The notes beneath the pieces were generated by a model. That model made no database searches. It was given only the letters and a program-made list of their open reading frames with translations, and had not been told where the DNA came from. Made by a program: the position numbers and the translations under genes. A stretch of 64,000 nucleotides of DNA from Hyphochytrium catenoides (taxonomy: Eukaryota; Protista; Hyphochytriomycota), in contig FLMG01000154.1 of NCBI GenBank assembly GCA_900088475.1, positions 182,744 to 246,743 on the forward strand, written 5' to 3'. Of this stretch, positions 62,850 through 64,000 are shown one piece after another. Positions within the stretch are counted from its first letter, which is position 1; each line of letters starts with the position of its first letter.

Positions 62850-64000
62850 ATGAGTGACTTAGAAATGGAGGAGAAGCCAGGCTCTCCTGGGCAGGAGCAA
62901 GAAGGTCTTGCACAGGACGAGAACGTTGAGGCAGAAGTCAGAAAGCAAGATCGTAACACAGAGAAGGTGAAGGGGCGCAAGGACTCCCCTTCTAGAAAGA
63001 GAGAAAAGGAGGTAGAAGATGGAGGGAAAAGCTCAAAGAGACATCATCGAGAAGGAACAGATGACAGAAAGGACGATAGACGGGAAGGCAGGAGAGAAGA
63101 GAGGCGAGAAGGAAGGAGAGAAGAGCGAAGGGAAAAGAGAGAAGAAAGAAGAGGTGAGAAGAGAGAGGAAACGACCGAGAAGGAGGAAAGAACGGATGAG
63201 GCAGTAGAAGGTGATGTGGAGGATAAAGGTGAAACTACACCCAAGAAGTCCGAAGCAGCTGCTGACAAGCCTGAAGACGATCGTCCAGCTAAAGGAGAGT
63301 CTTCCAGGCGAGAACGTGACCGTGATTCACGCTCCAAAAGGCAACGCTCTCTGGAGAGAAGAGACTCCCGGAGCTATCGGAACCGCAGCCCAGGCAGAGG
63401 AAGTCGTTATAGACCTAGGAGTCGAAGCAGAAGCCGCAATCGTGATCGCCGATCTACCCGAGTGAGAGACCGTAGCCGAGACAGAGGCACAAGGAGCAGA
63501 AGAAGAAGCCGCAGCCCAAGGAGGAGGAGCACCAGTAGGTCTAGGAGGGACAGAAGCGACTCCAGAAGGCGGTCTTCTCGCAGTCGCAGCAGTGAGAGGA
63601 GGAGAGAGAAGAGAAAGAGAAGCGAAAGTCCAGACAAAAGCAGCACACCCGCTGGCATTCCTGCCGCACTTTCTGCTAACCCGCAGACCAGTCTGCTATC
63701 CGCTCTTACTCTCATTAATCAACTCAAGGGTACGCTACCAGGCGCTGTCAATCCGTTGGGCCTGGCAACTCTGAACACCCTGATGGGTCTACCACAAGCA
63801 GCAGCAGTGGCGGCTGCTAAGGCGCCCGCAGTGACTGCCGTAGGTGGGGGCGTTCTTCCTATTCCTCCTCCCGTGGCGGTCGTAACCCCTACAGATCCAG
63901 CCACTAAGCTACAGAGAGAGATCTTTGTGGGAAATGTGCCACCAGGGACAACGGAGGTGGCAATTCAAACCTTCCTAAATGCGGCGATGCATGAGGTAGG
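62850..64000 (+). CDS. U2AF large-subunit-like RS/RRM splicing factor (partial, runs off the window end)
   Basis: Open frame from ATG 62850 to a donor at ~63995 (absent from the ORF track because it has no stop). Acidic/basic and RS-rich N-terminus, then ATKLQREIFVGNVPPGTTEVAIQTFLNAAM, typical of U2AF65 RRM1. Confidence 0.75.
   Translation, partial: MSDLEMEEKPGSPGQEQEGLAQDENVEAEVRKQDRNTEKVKGRKDSPSRKREKEVEDGGKSSKRHHREGTDDRKDDRREGRREERREGRREERREKREERRGEKREETTEKEERTDEAVEGDVEDKGETTPKKSEAAADKPEDDRPAKGESSRRERDRDSRSKRQRSLERRDSRSYRNRSPGRGSRYRPRSRSRSRNRDRRSTRVRDRSRDRGTRSRRRSRSPRRRSTSRSRRDRSDSRRRSSRSRSSERRREKRKRSESPDKSSTPAGIPAALSANPQTSLLSALTLINQLKGTLPGAVNPLGLATLNTLMGLPQAAAVAAAKAPAVTAVGGGVLPIPPPVAVVTPTDPATKLQREIFVGNVPPGTTEVAIQTFLNAAMHEV

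Overview
Gene-dense, intron-rich eukaryotic DNA (GT-AG introns mostly 50-400 nt, CT/GA microsatellites, N-gaps at 21021-21023 and 39074-39140). The mix of an ILK-like ankyrin kinase, FYVE-SYLF, SPIRAL1-like protein, 7TM-RGS and isopentenyl phosphate kinase suggests a protist or alga rather than an animal or fungus; this is inference only. About 14 multi-exon genes are recognisable: DDT/WHIM/bromodomain protein (partial), TMEM223-like protein, DNAJC3/P58IPK, RCC1-repeat protein, HRI-like eIF2-alpha kinase, Dicer, ankyrin-TKL kinase, FYVE-SYLF protein, G-patch/C2H2 protein, RS-rich protein, IPK, SPIRAL1-like protein, 7TM-RGS, flavin-reductase-like SDR, uridine kinase and a U2AF-large-subunit-like gene (partial). 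The standout is a Dicer of about 1,750 aa. Its first exon encodes four tandem dsRBDs that can splice in frame onto a DExH helicase-DUF283-RNase IIIa/IIIb-dsRBD body with no recognisable PAZ domain, which resembles a Dicer carrying its own dsRNA-binding cofactor. It lies 873 nt downstream of a dsRBD-less eIF2-alpha kinase and within about 13 kb of the eIF2-alpha-kinase inhibitor P58IPK, a candidate dsRNA-sensing and translation-shutoff neighbourhood. All exon models were built by hand from splice signals and reading-frame phase, with no database searches.
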